The translations under genes were made by a program, and so were the position numbers. From an uncultured Clostridia bacterium (GTDB lineage: Bacteria > Bacillota > Clostridia > TANB77 > CAG-465), in NCBI GenBank assembly GCA_944388565.1, contig CALXJG010000003.1, positions 409 to 64,408 of the forward strand: a stretch of DNA of 64,000 bases, written 5' to 3'. Below are positions 17,382-26,603 of this stretch, piece by piece (positions within the stretch are counted from its first letter, which is position 1; each line of letters starts with the position of its first letter). The notes beneath the pieces are model-generated. The model did not search any database, was not told where the DNA came from, and worked only from the letters and a program-made list of their open reading frames with translations.

Positions 17382-19832
17382 TTATCTATTTCTATTATTA
17401 TTGTTATCCTCATCATCGCCATATATATCTACTTCATCATCTGGATCAGTAGGTGTGTTTTCTTCTTGATCCTTTGTATTTTCGTTATGTACATTACAAG
17501 TTTGAGTTGGTAACATATATGACCAGTCACTTGGTTTTATTGCAGGTACCCCATCTCTTGTAATAAATGATCTTTCTTCTACATTTGGGCAATACTCATT
17601 TGCTATAAGATTTGTATCTTTACAAATTCTAACAAGTTTATGAATATTACATGTATCAGTTGGAATTGAATCCTTAGCAACTAAATCTGTACCAGTTTGA
17701 TCTCCTCTTGGATCTCTTCTACAAGCATCAGTTGCAACTAATCCTGAAACCTTACATAAAGGAGCAGTAGTAACAGTATTTGGTCTTGTAAACTGTTTAA
17801 CTTCTTGACCTTCACTTATTGCATTTGCAACAACATTAAACAAATAAACTGAAGTATAAGGATAACTACCTATTTTTCTATATCCAATAGGTTTAGCACC
17901 GTCCTGATAATCATAACCATTCCAACATGCTATTGTATAATATGGTGTATAACCACAGAACCATTGATCTATATCGTTATCAGTATTACCTGTCTTACCA
18001 GCAACTGCCATACCATTTTTCATTCTTACATATCCTGCAGCAGTACCAGTTTTAACAACTTCTTCTAAACAACTAGTTAACATGTAAGCTGTTGATTCTT
18101 TCATAACAACTTTAGCTGTTGAACTATTGTTATTTAATATTTCTTTACCATCCTTATCAACTACTCTAGTATATAATTTTGGTTCTACATAAACACCTTG
18201 ATTAGCTATAGTAGCATAAGCATTTGCCATTTCAAGAACAGTTGCACCTTTAGTTAATCCACCTATAGAGAAAGAGTAACTTTCATCATTCTTTGATGGA
18301 TTTTCTTCTGCTGTAACTAAGTTCTTAAGTCCCATGTTTTTAGCAAACGTAATTGCATAACTTGGATCTACTTTCATATATGCTCTAATAGCAGGTAGGT
18401 TCATAGATCTTGCTATAGCGCTTCTTACTGTTACATAACCGTTAAAATAACCATAATAGTTTCCTGGTCCATTTTGTACATTTACAAGTTGTGAATCATC
18501 TATCCCTGCGCCAGGTGATAATTTTCCAAGTTCAAAGGCTGGACCATATGCACCTATTGGTTTCATACAAGAACCTGGTTGTCTTGGTTCATCAGTTGCT
18601 CTATTTAACACTAAAGCTCCTGTTTTTTCACCAGCGCCACCAATTAATCCAACAACATTTCCTGTTGATTGTTCCATTACTACCATAGCAGATTGCATAA
18701 ATTTACCATCTCTATCTGTATAGAAAAGTCTATCGTTATCATATGCATCATCTATAGCTTTTTGAACTTTTTGGTCCATTGGTGTATATATTTTAAGACC
18801 GCCACCATATAGTTTTTGTTTTGCAAGTCCTTCGTCATATCCCTTTTCTTCCATTAGATCTTCTAGTACTGCATTATATACCGCATCTACATAATAGCTT
18901 TGAACAGCACCAGAACTTGTATTGCTAGCTTTCTTAAATTCAACATTATAATTAACAGCCTCATCATGTTGTTCCTTAGTTATTTTTCCAAGTTCTAACA
19001 TTTTATTTAAAACAACTTTTTGTCTATCTAATAATTTTTGTTTTTGTTCTTCGCCTGCATACGGATTAGTAGCCTCAGGTGATTGTATTGCGGCTGCTAA
19101 TATTGCCGATTCAGCCAAATTAATTTCATTTACAGGCTTACCAAAATAAGTTTCAGCTGCAACAGCTACACCATAAGAACTTTCACCTAAGTATATTGTA
19201 TTAAGATATGCTACTAATATCTCATCTTTATTCATCATTTTCTCTAATGTTAACGCTCTATACCATTCTCTAATTTTTCTAGTCCATGAAGAAGATTTAT
19301 CATCAGTAACATTCTTTACTAATTGTTGTGTTATTGTACTACCACCGAAATTAGATTTTCCACCATTTAATATATACGTTACAATGGCACCTAAAGTTCT
19401 TTTTACGTCAACACCTTTATGACTATAAAATCTTTCATCTTCAATTGAAACAACAGCATCAATCAAAGTTTGTGGTAAGTCTTTATATTCAACAAGTACT
19501 CTATTTTCAAGTCCAGAAAAAGAACCGATTTGTTGTCCATCTTTATCATAAACAAAAGATGTTAAAGAATAGCTTTGAATATCCTCTAAATCTACACTAT
19601 CTGTTTTATCTATTATTCCTGTAACAACACCTAAAACTATACCTGCACCTACTATAAATAATGCTAATAACACAAATAGGCATATTCTAAATATTTTCCA
19701 TCCTTTTTTATGATTTTTCTTCTTTTTCTTAGAATTTTGATCACCATTATTTATTAGATCTTTATCTACCTTTCTTACTTTTCTTACCTTTGAAGTATCG
19801 TTTCTTTTTTGTTTATTTGTTTTTTTCTCCAT
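17382..19832 (-). CDS. Class A penicillin-binding protein (transglycosylase/transpeptidase, PBP1A family)
   Basis: Lys-rich N-terminus plus a TM helix. The GT51 motif EDERFYSHKGVD and RKIRE are present, as is a transpeptidase domain (SCMKP). Start set at MEKKTNK, preceded by AGAGGTGAAAAA. Confidence 0.88.
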   Translation of the reverse strand: MEKKTNKQKRNDTSKVRKVRKVDKDLINNGDQNSKKKKKNHKKGWKIFRICLFVLLALFIVGAGIVLGVVTGIIDKTDSVDLEDIQSYSLTSFVYDKDGQQIGSFSGLENRVLVEYKDLPQTLIDAVVSIEDERFYSHKGVDVKRTLGAIVTYILNGGKSNFGGSTITQQLVKNVTDDKSSSWTRKIREWYRALTLEKMMNKDEILVAYLNTIYLGESSYGVAVAAETYFGKPVNEINLAESAILAAAIQSPEATNPYAGEEQKQKLLDRQKVVLNKMLELGKITKEQHDEAVNYNVEFKKASNTSSGAVQSYYVDAVYNAVLEDLMEEKGYDEGLAKQKLYGGGLKIYTPMDQKVQKAIDDAYDNDRLFYTDRDGKFMQSAMVVMEQSTGNVVGLIGGAGEKTGALVLNRATDEPRQPGSCMKPIGAYGPAFELGKLSPGAGIDDSQLVNVQNGPGNYYGYFNGYVTVRSAIARSMNLPAIRAYMKVDPSYAITFAKNMGLKNLVTAEENPSKNDESYSFSIGGLTKGATVLEMANAYATIANQGVYVEPKLYTRVVDKDGKEILNNNSSTAKVVMKESTAYMLTSCLEEVVKTGTAAGYVRMKNGMAVAGKTGNTDNDIDQWFCGYTPYYTIACWNGYDYQDGAKPIGYRKIGSYPYTSVYLFNVVANAISEGQEVKQFTRPNTVTTAPLCKVSGLVATDACRRDPRGDQTGTDLVAKDSIPTDTCNIHKLVRICKDTNLIANEYCPNVEERSFITRDGVPAIKPSDWSYMLPTQTCNVHNENTKDQEENTPTDPDDEVDIYGDDEDNNNNRNR

Positions 19833-19864
19833 TTTTTCACCTCTAATATACTTAAAGATATCAT

Positions 19865-20236
19865 TTACCAATTATAAAATATGTCTTGAAACTCAGCTCT
19901 GATACTAAGACTTATTTTTAAAGCCTTTTTTACCTTCTCCATTATTTCTGTATCAAACTCACCTATTTTTTCTTTTAGCCTTGATTTATCCAAAGTTCTA
20001 ACTTGTTCTGTTAAAATTATAGAATCTTTAGGTAAACCGTATTTTTCTTTTAAAACTGGTATATGAGTAGGTAACATTGGCTTTTTTTGAGTAGTTATTG
20101 CAACTACTATAACTGTTGGACTAAATTTATTTCCCAAATTGTTTTGCACAATTAATACTGGTCTTATTCCATCTTGTTCACTACCAACAACTGGACTTAA
20201 GTCAGCATAGAAAATATCTCCTCTTTTAATTACCAA
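19865..20236 (-). CDS. mazF: MazF/PemK/EndoA-type mRNA interferase toxin (TTG start)
   Basis: 123 aa. VIKRGDIFYADLSPVVGSEQDGIRPVLIVQNNLGNKFSPTVIVVAIT closely matches B. subtilis EndoA (NdoA) as I recall it. Confidence 0.85.
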   Translation of the reverse strand: MVIKRGDIFYADLSPVVGSEQDGIRPVLIVQNNLGNKFSPTVIVVAITTQKKPMLPTHIPVLKEKYGLPKDSIILTEQVRTLDKSRLKEKIGEFDTEIMEKVKKALKISLSIRAEFQDIFYNW

Positions 20237-20271
20237 AATTATCCCCTACTTCCATATATTATACACTAAAT

Positions 20272-21015
20272 TTAAGAAAAAGCAAATATTTTTTCGTCAA
20301 AATCCGCATTTATATCAAATTTAGTAAATATTATATCTGCCCAAGTTTTACCATCTACAGTATATACAATATACTCAAGTGGCATAAGGCTATCTTTATC
20401 TAAGACTAATTCAAATGATAAAATTTTCATTCCAGAATATGTAATTTCTTTATAATCATTACATATCTTGCAATTACTATCAGAATTATTATTTAAAATA
20501 ATGCTATAATTTACTTTATTATCTATCTCTTCAACTTTTATCTTACAGCAATCTCCTTTGTTATCTGTATTATTAGCATCAGCAATTCGTTTAAATAACT
20601 CTAAAAATGTGGATATACTTGCTACATTTTTTCTATCTACAATATAATCATTTAACTTCATATAATTTAACTGTGAATCTGACTTAATAGATAACGAATT
20701 ATTTGCTATTATATATGTAAAATTAATTCCATCATTATTGGTTTCTATTCTAAAGTTATAATCATCATCAGATTTTTTGTTATACCATTCTTTCATATAA
20801 TATCTATTTTGGTTTTTATTACTATATACATTTAATTCATATTCTGTATAATATGAATTTAAATTTATAAAATCCTCTTTATTAATTTTTACTATTTCAT
20901 CAGATATAGTAAATACAGATGCAAAAGTTATAACTATTAAGGATATCGCTATAAGTATAGCAATAGAAATTACAATCCATAATCTTTTATTTTTATATAA
21001 ATTTAATATATACAT
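20272..21015 (-). CDS. Hypothetical membrane-anchored protein (possibly LolA-fold / DUF4367-like)
   Basis: 247 aa. N-terminal TM helix followed by a beta-rich Asn/Tyr-rich domain. The family assignment is tentative. Confidence 0.4.
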   Translation of the reverse strand: MYILNLYKNKRLWIVISIAILIAISLIVITFASVFTISDEIVKINKEDFINLNSYYTEYELNVYSNKNQNRYYMKEWYNKKSDDDYNFRIETNNDGINFTYIIANNSLSIKSDSQLNYMKLNDYIVDRKNVASISTFLELFKRIADANNTDNKGDCCKIKVEEIDNKVNYSIILNNNSDSNCKICNDYKEITYSGMKILSFELVLDKDSLMPLEYIVYTVDGKTWADIIFTKFDINADFDEKIFAFS

Positions 21016-21184
21016 ATAATCTCTCCTATAAATATACTAATATATATGTTTAATGATATTTATATATGAAGAAAACGACATCAACTTACATTATCATTTA
21101 TTCCTACTATTTATATTACACATAATTTTACAAGTAATATTTAAATAATTTATAAATATAATTAAGTAAGAATGGTGATTAATT

Positions 21185-21967
21185 ATGTATATGATTCTTA
21201 CGAAAAAAAATATTGTTTTTATTATACTTTCATTAGCACTTATAATTGGATTTACTTTTGCGTGTAAACATTTCATATCAGCTTCCAAAAATACGAATTG
21301 GGGATTATCTTTTAAAAAGCAAGGTGAAAGACCAACTGGTAATGCAACACCCGAATACTTAAAAGAATTTAATTCATACTTTATAGCTCCAGAAGGTAAC
21401 AAAAAAATATATATAACATTTGATGCTGGCTATGAGGCAGGATATACACCTAAAATACTAGGAGTTTTAGAAAAACATAATGTAAAAGCTACATTCTTTG
21501 TAGTTGGAACTTTAATGAAATCAAATCCAGAATTAATAAAACAAATAGATGATGAAGGACATATTGTTGCTAATCATTCTATGCATCATCCAAATATGTC
21601 AAAAATGTCTACGATGGAAGATTTTAAAAAGGAAATCGAACCCGTTGAAGAACTATATAAAGAGATTACTGGTAAAGACATGAAAAAATTTTATAGACCG
21701 CCACAAGGGATTTTTAGTGAAACGAATTTAAAAATGGCAAACGAACTTGGGTATAAAACGATATTTTGGAGTTTGGCATATGTAGATTGGCATAAAGATA
21801 AACAGCCTTCAAAGGAAGAGGCATTAAATAAAATAATGTCAAGAATACATGATGGTGCAATTATATTATTACATAGTACTTCAAAAACAAATTCAGAAAT
21901 ACTTGATGAACTTCTTACAAAACTTGAAAAACAAGGTTATACATTTGGAACATTAGAAGAGTTATAA
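21185..21967 (+). CDS. pdaA: Polysaccharide deacetylase, PdaA-like (spore cortex delta-lactam de-N-acetylase)
   Basis: 260 aa with NodB-domain motifs TFDAGYE, NHSMHHP, RPPQG and LLHS, plus an N-terminal signal/anchor. Confidence 0.8.
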   Translation: MYMILTKKNIVFIILSLALIIGFTFACKHFISASKNTNWGLSFKKQGERPTGNATPEYLKEFNSYFIAPEGNKKIYITFDAGYEAGYTPKILGVLEKHNVKATFFVVGTLMKSNPELIKQIDDEGHIVANHSMHHPNMSKMSTMEDFKKEIEPVEELYKEITGKDMKKFYRPPQGIFSETNLKMANELGYKTIFWSLAYVDWHKDKQPSKEEALNKIMSRIHDGAIILLHSTSKTNSEILDELLTKLEKQGYTFGTLEEL

Positions 21968-21975
21968 TAATTCTT

Positions 21976-22206
21976 CTTTTACAACTGTGCTTACTTTTTA
22001 TCATTTTGTAGCACAATTGTAAATATATCGTATGTAATTTTATAAAATATAAAAAAAATAGTATGTAAATTGGAATAATCCAAAGTTACATACTATTTTA
22101 TTTTTCGTTAGTTAAAAAGTTATATTCTGCTCTTTTGTTAATTTATCGTTAATATATTATGTAATGCAGTGTTTTTGTATCCTTGAAGTTTAAAAGTTGT
22201 AGATCT
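21976..22206. repeat. Direct repeat, left copy, containing a decayed duplicate of the prkC 3' end and terminator
   Basis: Aligns by eye with 23637-23871. The distal ~100 nt read STTFKLQGYKNTALHNILTIN*QKSRI on the minus strand, against the genuine PrkC C-terminus STTFELQGYEKATLHIYINDKLTKEQNITF. Confidence 0.85.
22058..22096. terminator. Bidirectional hairpin terminator (pdaA side)
   Basis: atagtatgtaa-attgga-ataa-tccaaag-ttacatactat, flanked by an A-run and a T-run. Confidence 0.7.
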
Positions 22207-22211
22207 TATTT

Positions 22212-23045
22212 TTAATTTTCATATAATATTTTATTTACTTCAGATATTGAAGTAATTACTTCCTTAAACTTTATATTTTTTGCATATTGATACTTTTGTG
22301 AATACAATTCCCATAAGTTTTCTAAAAAATCACTTTTTCCTATCTCAGTAATAACTTTACTTGTACTTTGTAAATCTGTATTTCTTTTATAAAATGTTTT
22401 TTCAATAGCAATTTTTAAATTTTCTTTTGAAAATTCTTTATATTTCATTAAATAGTACAAATCATAATAATCTTTCATTCTACTATTTAATATCCCCTTT
22501 GATATTACTGTTTGAAACTTTTCTGCTATAATACTTTCTATATTATAAGCCATTATCTTTAAACTTCTATTTTCAAACATCATTTTATAATCATATTCTA
22601 TCTCTCTTGGCGTAATTAAATCACCAGTTGCAACATCTATACTTAAATTTATTCTAAGATTGTCAAATCTTGCTAGTAAATAATATTTTAATCCACCATA
22701 GTCATCCTCTTCTCGTATTGGTTTAGAATTTTTTACTTCAAACTTTACACCATCACCTATTTCTATATTTAGGATTTCGTTTAACACTTCATATAATTTT
22801 TCATCTGTTAAACTTATACCTTTTATACAAGTATCCATATCCATTGTAGTTCTGGTATCTATCCCCATTATTGAAGATAATAGCATTCCACCTTTTAAAA
22901 TAAAATTATTTTTATATTTTGAAATAGATAATCTTTCTAGTATTCTTTCAAACATATAATTTTGTAATATTTCATTTACTGTAACATTATACTTTACTGC
23001 TAAAGTTCTTGATTTATCTATTAAACTTCTAGCATTTTTAATCAT
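22212..23045 (-). CDS. abiEii: AbiEii/AbiGii-family nucleotidyltransferase toxin (type IV TA)
   Basis: 277 aa. FILKGGMLL and TMDMD nucleotidyltransferase motifs typical of DUF1814/AbiEii. It overlaps the upstream AbiEi ORF by 4 nt. Confidence 0.8.
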   Translation of the reverse strand: MIKNARSLIDKSRTLAVKYNVTVNEILQNYMFERILERLSISKYKNNFILKGGMLLSSIMGIDTRTTMDMDTCIKGISLTDEKLYEVLNEILNIEIGDGVKFEVKNSKPIREEDDYGGLKYYLLARFDNLRINLSIDVATGDLITPREIEYDYKMMFENRSLKIMAYNIESIIAEKFQTVISKGILNSRMKDYYDLYYLMKYKEFSKENLKIAIEKTFYKRNTDLQSTSKVITEIGKSDFLENLWELYSQKYQYAKNIKFKEVITSISEVNKILYEN

Positions 23046-23626
23046 ATAATTGCCTCCATATAATTTTTAACCATATCATATATATCCATTTTTTTCGCAT
23101 ATTCAAACATTTTACTTGCACTAAATTCTTTACTCTTAATACATTTTTTTATAGCTTTATTTCTTATCTCAATATCTAAACTATCTTTATCTTTTATAAT
23201 GTCACATAACGTTCTTTCTAAATTATATATTTTTACTTTCATTCCTTGTGATGATTTTTTTTCTATAACCCCCAAATCATATAGTTTTTTATTAACTTTA
23301 TATACATTCACTAAATCTTTGAATCTATGAGGATTATATTCCCTATATACTGTAACATCCATTTTCATTGGAGTTCTTTCTGTCATTTCATAAAAATATA
23401 GAGCTGTATTATGAGAAAATATAGCTTTAGGATATTTTAATTGAAATAAATAATATTCATCATATTTAAAATATTTTGTTACATATATTCCTCTATTAAT
23501 TCTTTCAATAGTCCCTTCTTTCTCCATTTTTGATAAATATCCCCTAGATATTCCACTTTTCTCTAATTGTATAGGGGTTATTATCCCGTTATTTTTTCTC
23601 ATTATTTTTAAAATTTTATCGTCCAT
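23042..23626 (-). CDS. abiEi: AbiEi-family antitoxin / transcriptional regulator
   Basis: 194 aa. The N-terminal wHTH NNGIITPIQLEKSGISRGYLSKMEKEGTIERINRGIYV is characteristic of AbiEi_4. Confidence 0.8.
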   Translation of the reverse strand: MDDKILKIMRKNNGIITPIQLEKSGISRGYLSKMEKEGTIERINRGIYVTKYFKYDEYYLFQLKYPKAIFSHNTALYFYEMTERTPMKMDVTVYREYNPHRFKDLVNVYKVNKKLYDLGVIEKKSSQGMKVKIYNLERTLCDIIKDKDSLDIEIRNKAIKKCIKSKEFSASKMFEYAKKMDIYDMVKNYMEAII

Positions 23627-23636
23627 ACTATTCCCC

Positions 23637-23871
23637 TCTTTTACATTCGTGCTTACATTTTATCATTTTGTAGCACAATTGTAAATATATTGTATGTAAT
23701 TTAATAAAATATATTTAAAAAATAGTATGTAAATTGGAATAATCCAAAGTTACATACTATTTTATTTTTTGTTAGTTAAAAAGTTATATTCTGCTCTTTT
23801 GTTAACTTATCATTTATGTATATATGTAATGTCGCCTTCTCATAACCTTGAAGTTCAAAAGTTGTAGATTT
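23637..23871. repeat. Direct repeat, right copy (functional prkC 3' end plus terminator)
   Basis: Counterpart of 21976-22206. It includes the prkC stop at 23776 and its last ~32 codons. Confidence 0.85.
23722..23760 (-). terminator. prkC terminator hairpin
   Basis: Same hairpin as 22058-22096, followed on the minus strand by TTTTTTAAA. Confidence 0.7.
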
Positions 23872-25797
23872 TGTTTCAGGATCAAAAGATTCTGTATATA
23901 CAGTATTAGTAGCACCACCATCAACACTTGCAGTTACTTTTACATTTATTTTTTCTACATCTAAAGGTGTTCCTCCTTGTAATTCAAGTAAATCTAAAGT
24001 TATCTTCTTAGTTATAACTAATCTATTTACAGTTATCTCTACTAAAGTTCCTTCTTTTAAAGATTGATTTTGTGGATAGCTTTGAGATATAACAACCCCA
24101 TTACTCTTTGTATTATCTTCACCATACTTTACACTAACAGTAAGCTTTAGTCCTTCTAATGTTTCCTTTGCTTGTTGTTCAGTTTGGCCAAGTACTGAAG
24201 GCATTACAACATCTTCTTTTCCATCACCTTTGCTTACGCTTAGTTTAATTGTACTTCCATATGGTAAACTTTCTCCTGCTTTTTTATCTTGTGATATAAC
24301 AATCCCAGCTGTTACTTTTTCATTTATTACTTCTTCTATATCAAGAACAAAACCTAAAGTATCTTGTAATTCATATCTTGCAATTTTAATATCTTTTCCT
24401 TCAACGTCAGTAACTTCAACCATTCTTGGTCCTTTACTTACAACAACATAGATCTTTTTATCAGTTGTTTTTGTACCTTTTTCTGGTGTTTGTGATATAA
24501 TATATCCCTCTAGTATATCAGTGTTATATTCTTCACTATCTTGTAATATTTCTATATTTTGTGATTTATACATTTCAACCATTTCATCAAAATTCTTATT
24601 TACTAAATCTGGTACTTCTATTTCAATATTTTGATTATTATTATTTCCACTATTTAATTTAATAATAATAACTGCTGCTATAGCAATGATTATAACTGCT
24701 ATTATAGCAGATATAATTATTATTTTCTTCTTTCTTTTTTTCTTTTGCTCTGGAGTTAATTCCTTTTCTTCATCATCATCTTCCAGATTTTCTTCTTTTA
24801 AAGTCCTATCTTTTGCTGTAGAAACATTTGCAGCTCTTGCCTGTCTTGTTCTTAAATTGGGTACTTTATTTGCTGTATCCACATTAGACAATACAGGTAT
24901 AACTTGTGTAGCGCCAGCTTCAACAAAAGATTCTGGTCTTTCAATAAGAGCATTTGGTTTTAAAAGTGCTTGTGATATATCTTGTAATAGTTCTGTAGCA
25001 GATTGATATCTTGTAGCAGTGCTTTTTTGCATTGCTTTAAGTATAATTTGATTTAATGCAGGTGATATATTTGGATTAACAAGTATCGGTTCAACAGGCT
25101 CTTCTTGTATTTGTTTTAATGCAACTGATACTGGTGAATCACCATCAAAAGGAAGCTTACCAGTAGCCATTTCATACATAACAATACCTAAAGAATACAA
25201 GTCTGATTTTTCATCAATATATCCACCTTTTGCATGCTCTGGCGAAAAATAATGGACAGAACCGACAGTACTACCAAAACTAGTTATTGTTGCACTACTT
25301 GTAGTTGTTATCTTTGCTATCCCAAAATCAGTAACTTTTGCTACCATATTTTGATTTAATACTATATTATGTGGCTTTATATCCCTATGAATTATATGAG
25401 CCTTATGTGCTGCTTCTAAAGCTGATGCTATTTGTGCAGCAATTTTTAAAGTAAGATCATTTGAAAGAGCTCCATGTTCTTCAATATAATCTTTTAAAGT
25501 TTTTGTCTCTAATAATTCCATAACTATATAATTTATATTGCCTTCATCTTCATGCCCAACATCATATACGGATACAATGTTTGGATGTGTTAGTGCTGCA
25601 GCAGATTGAGCTTCAGTTTTAAATCTATTTACAAAAGTTTCATCTTTAGCGTATTCAGGTTTTAAGACTTTTATTGCAACAAAACGGTTTAATAATTTAC
25701 ATCTTGCCTTATACACATATGCCATTCCACCTTCGCCTATTTTTTCTAATATTTCATATCTTGAAGATAATACTCTACCAATTAAATCCATAATCAT
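23776..25797 (-). CDS. prkC: Ser/Thr protein kinase with extracellular PASTA repeats
   Basis: 673 aa. Kinase motifs HRDIKPHN and DFGIA, a Lys-rich linker plus TM helix, and three PASTA-like repeats. Confidence 0.9.
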   Translation of the reverse strand: MIMDLIGRVLSSRYEILEKIGEGGMAYVYKARCKLLNRFVAIKVLKPEYAKDETFVNRFKTEAQSAAALTHPNIVSVYDVGHEDEGNINYIVMELLETKTLKDYIEEHGALSNDLTLKIAAQIASALEAAHKAHIIHRDIKPHNIVLNQNMVAKVTDFGIAKITTTSSATITSFGSTVGSVHYFSPEHAKGGYIDEKSDLYSLGIVMYEMATGKLPFDGDSPVSVALKQIQEEPVEPILVNPNISPALNQIILKAMQKSTATRYQSATELLQDISQALLKPNALIERPESFVEAGATQVIPVLSNVDTANKVPNLRTRQARAANVSTAKDRTLKEENLEDDDEEKELTPEQKKKRKKKIIIISAIIAVIIIAIAAVIIIKLNSGNNNNQNIEIEVPDLVNKNFDEMVEMYKSQNIEILQDSEEYNTDILEGYIISQTPEKGTKTTDKKIYVVVSKGPRMVEVTDVEGKDIKIARYELQDTLGFVLDIEEVINEKVTAGIVISQDKKAGESLPYGSTIKLSVSKGDGKEDVVMPSVLGQTEQQAKETLEGLKLTVSVKYGEDNTKSNGVVISQSYPQNQSLKEGTLVEITVNRLVITKKITLDLLELQGGTPLDVEKINVKVTASVDGGATNTVYTESFDPETKSTTFELQGYEKATLHIYINDKLTKEQNITF

Positions 25798-25807
25798 TTT
25801 CTCCTTT

Positions 25808-26545
25808 TTATAGTTCTATAACTATAGCAGTAATGTTATCGATACCGCCATTATTGTTCGCTGTATCAATTATTTTATCAGCTAAATCATCTAAACTATT
25901 TTTTTCAAACAAGTTTAACAATTCATCTGTAGAAATAGTATTAGTAACTCCGTCAGAACAAAGTAACAAATATCCACTTTTTACGTCTAATGTTTTTACT
26001 TCGGCTGATATATTTTTTACTATTCCAACTGCTTTTGTTAAAACATGTTTCTGAGGATGAGTTTTTGCTTCTTCCTCTGTTATAACTTTTGTTTTTATTA
26101 ATTCATTTACATATGTGTCATCAATTGTAACTTGTTCTATACGAGAATCTTTTGGTGAAATATAATATATTCTACTATCACCTACTGATAAGTAAAACAA
26201 CTTATTTTTTACTTGCAACACTACAACAATTGTAGTTCCCATTCCTTTATATCTTTCATCCGTTTTCTCTATTTTATAAATCTCATCGTTTGCAAGCAAA
26301 AGAGAAACATTTAATATGTTTTTTATTTTTTGCTCACTAGCATTTACTAATACTTTTTTGCTTTCTTCAATATAGCTAGAAACTTTCTTTACAAGTACAT
26401 TACTTGCAATTTCGCCACCTTCGTAGCCACCAAGTCCATCTGCTACTATAAATAAAGCTAAATCTTTATCAAATATTTTTGCAAAAAAACTATCTTCATT
26501 ATTTTTCCTTTTTTTGCCGACATCTGTTTTAGCTACAAATCTCAT
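25808..26545 (-). CDS. prpC: PP2C-family Ser/Thr phosphatase (Stp/PrpC)
   Basis: 245 aa with NEDSF, ADGLGG, SDGV and DNIT motifs. It lies immediately upstream of prkC. Confidence 0.9.
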   Translation of the reverse strand: MRFVAKTDVGKKRKNNEDSFFAKIFDKDLALFIVADGLGGYEGGEIASNVLVKKVSSYIEESKKVLVNASEQKIKNILNVSLLLANDEIYKIEKTDERYKGMGTTIVVVLQVKNKLFYLSVGDSRIYYISPKDSRIEQVTIDDTYVNELIKTKVITEEEAKTHPQKHVLTKAVGIVKNISAEVKTLDVKSGYLLLCSDGVTNTISTDELLNLFEKNSLDDLADKIIDTANNNGGIDNITAIVIEL

Positions 26546-26603
26546 TAATTCACCTCAAATTATATATATATTATATCAAAAGTCAAATAAATTTCAATAC
26601 TTA

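Noticed and set aside
21094-21402. 102-aa minus-strand ORF overlapping the pdaA start.
   Set aside because: It overlaps a well-supported polysaccharide deacetylase gene, has no recognisable motifs and has odd composition. It is a spurious antisense ORF.
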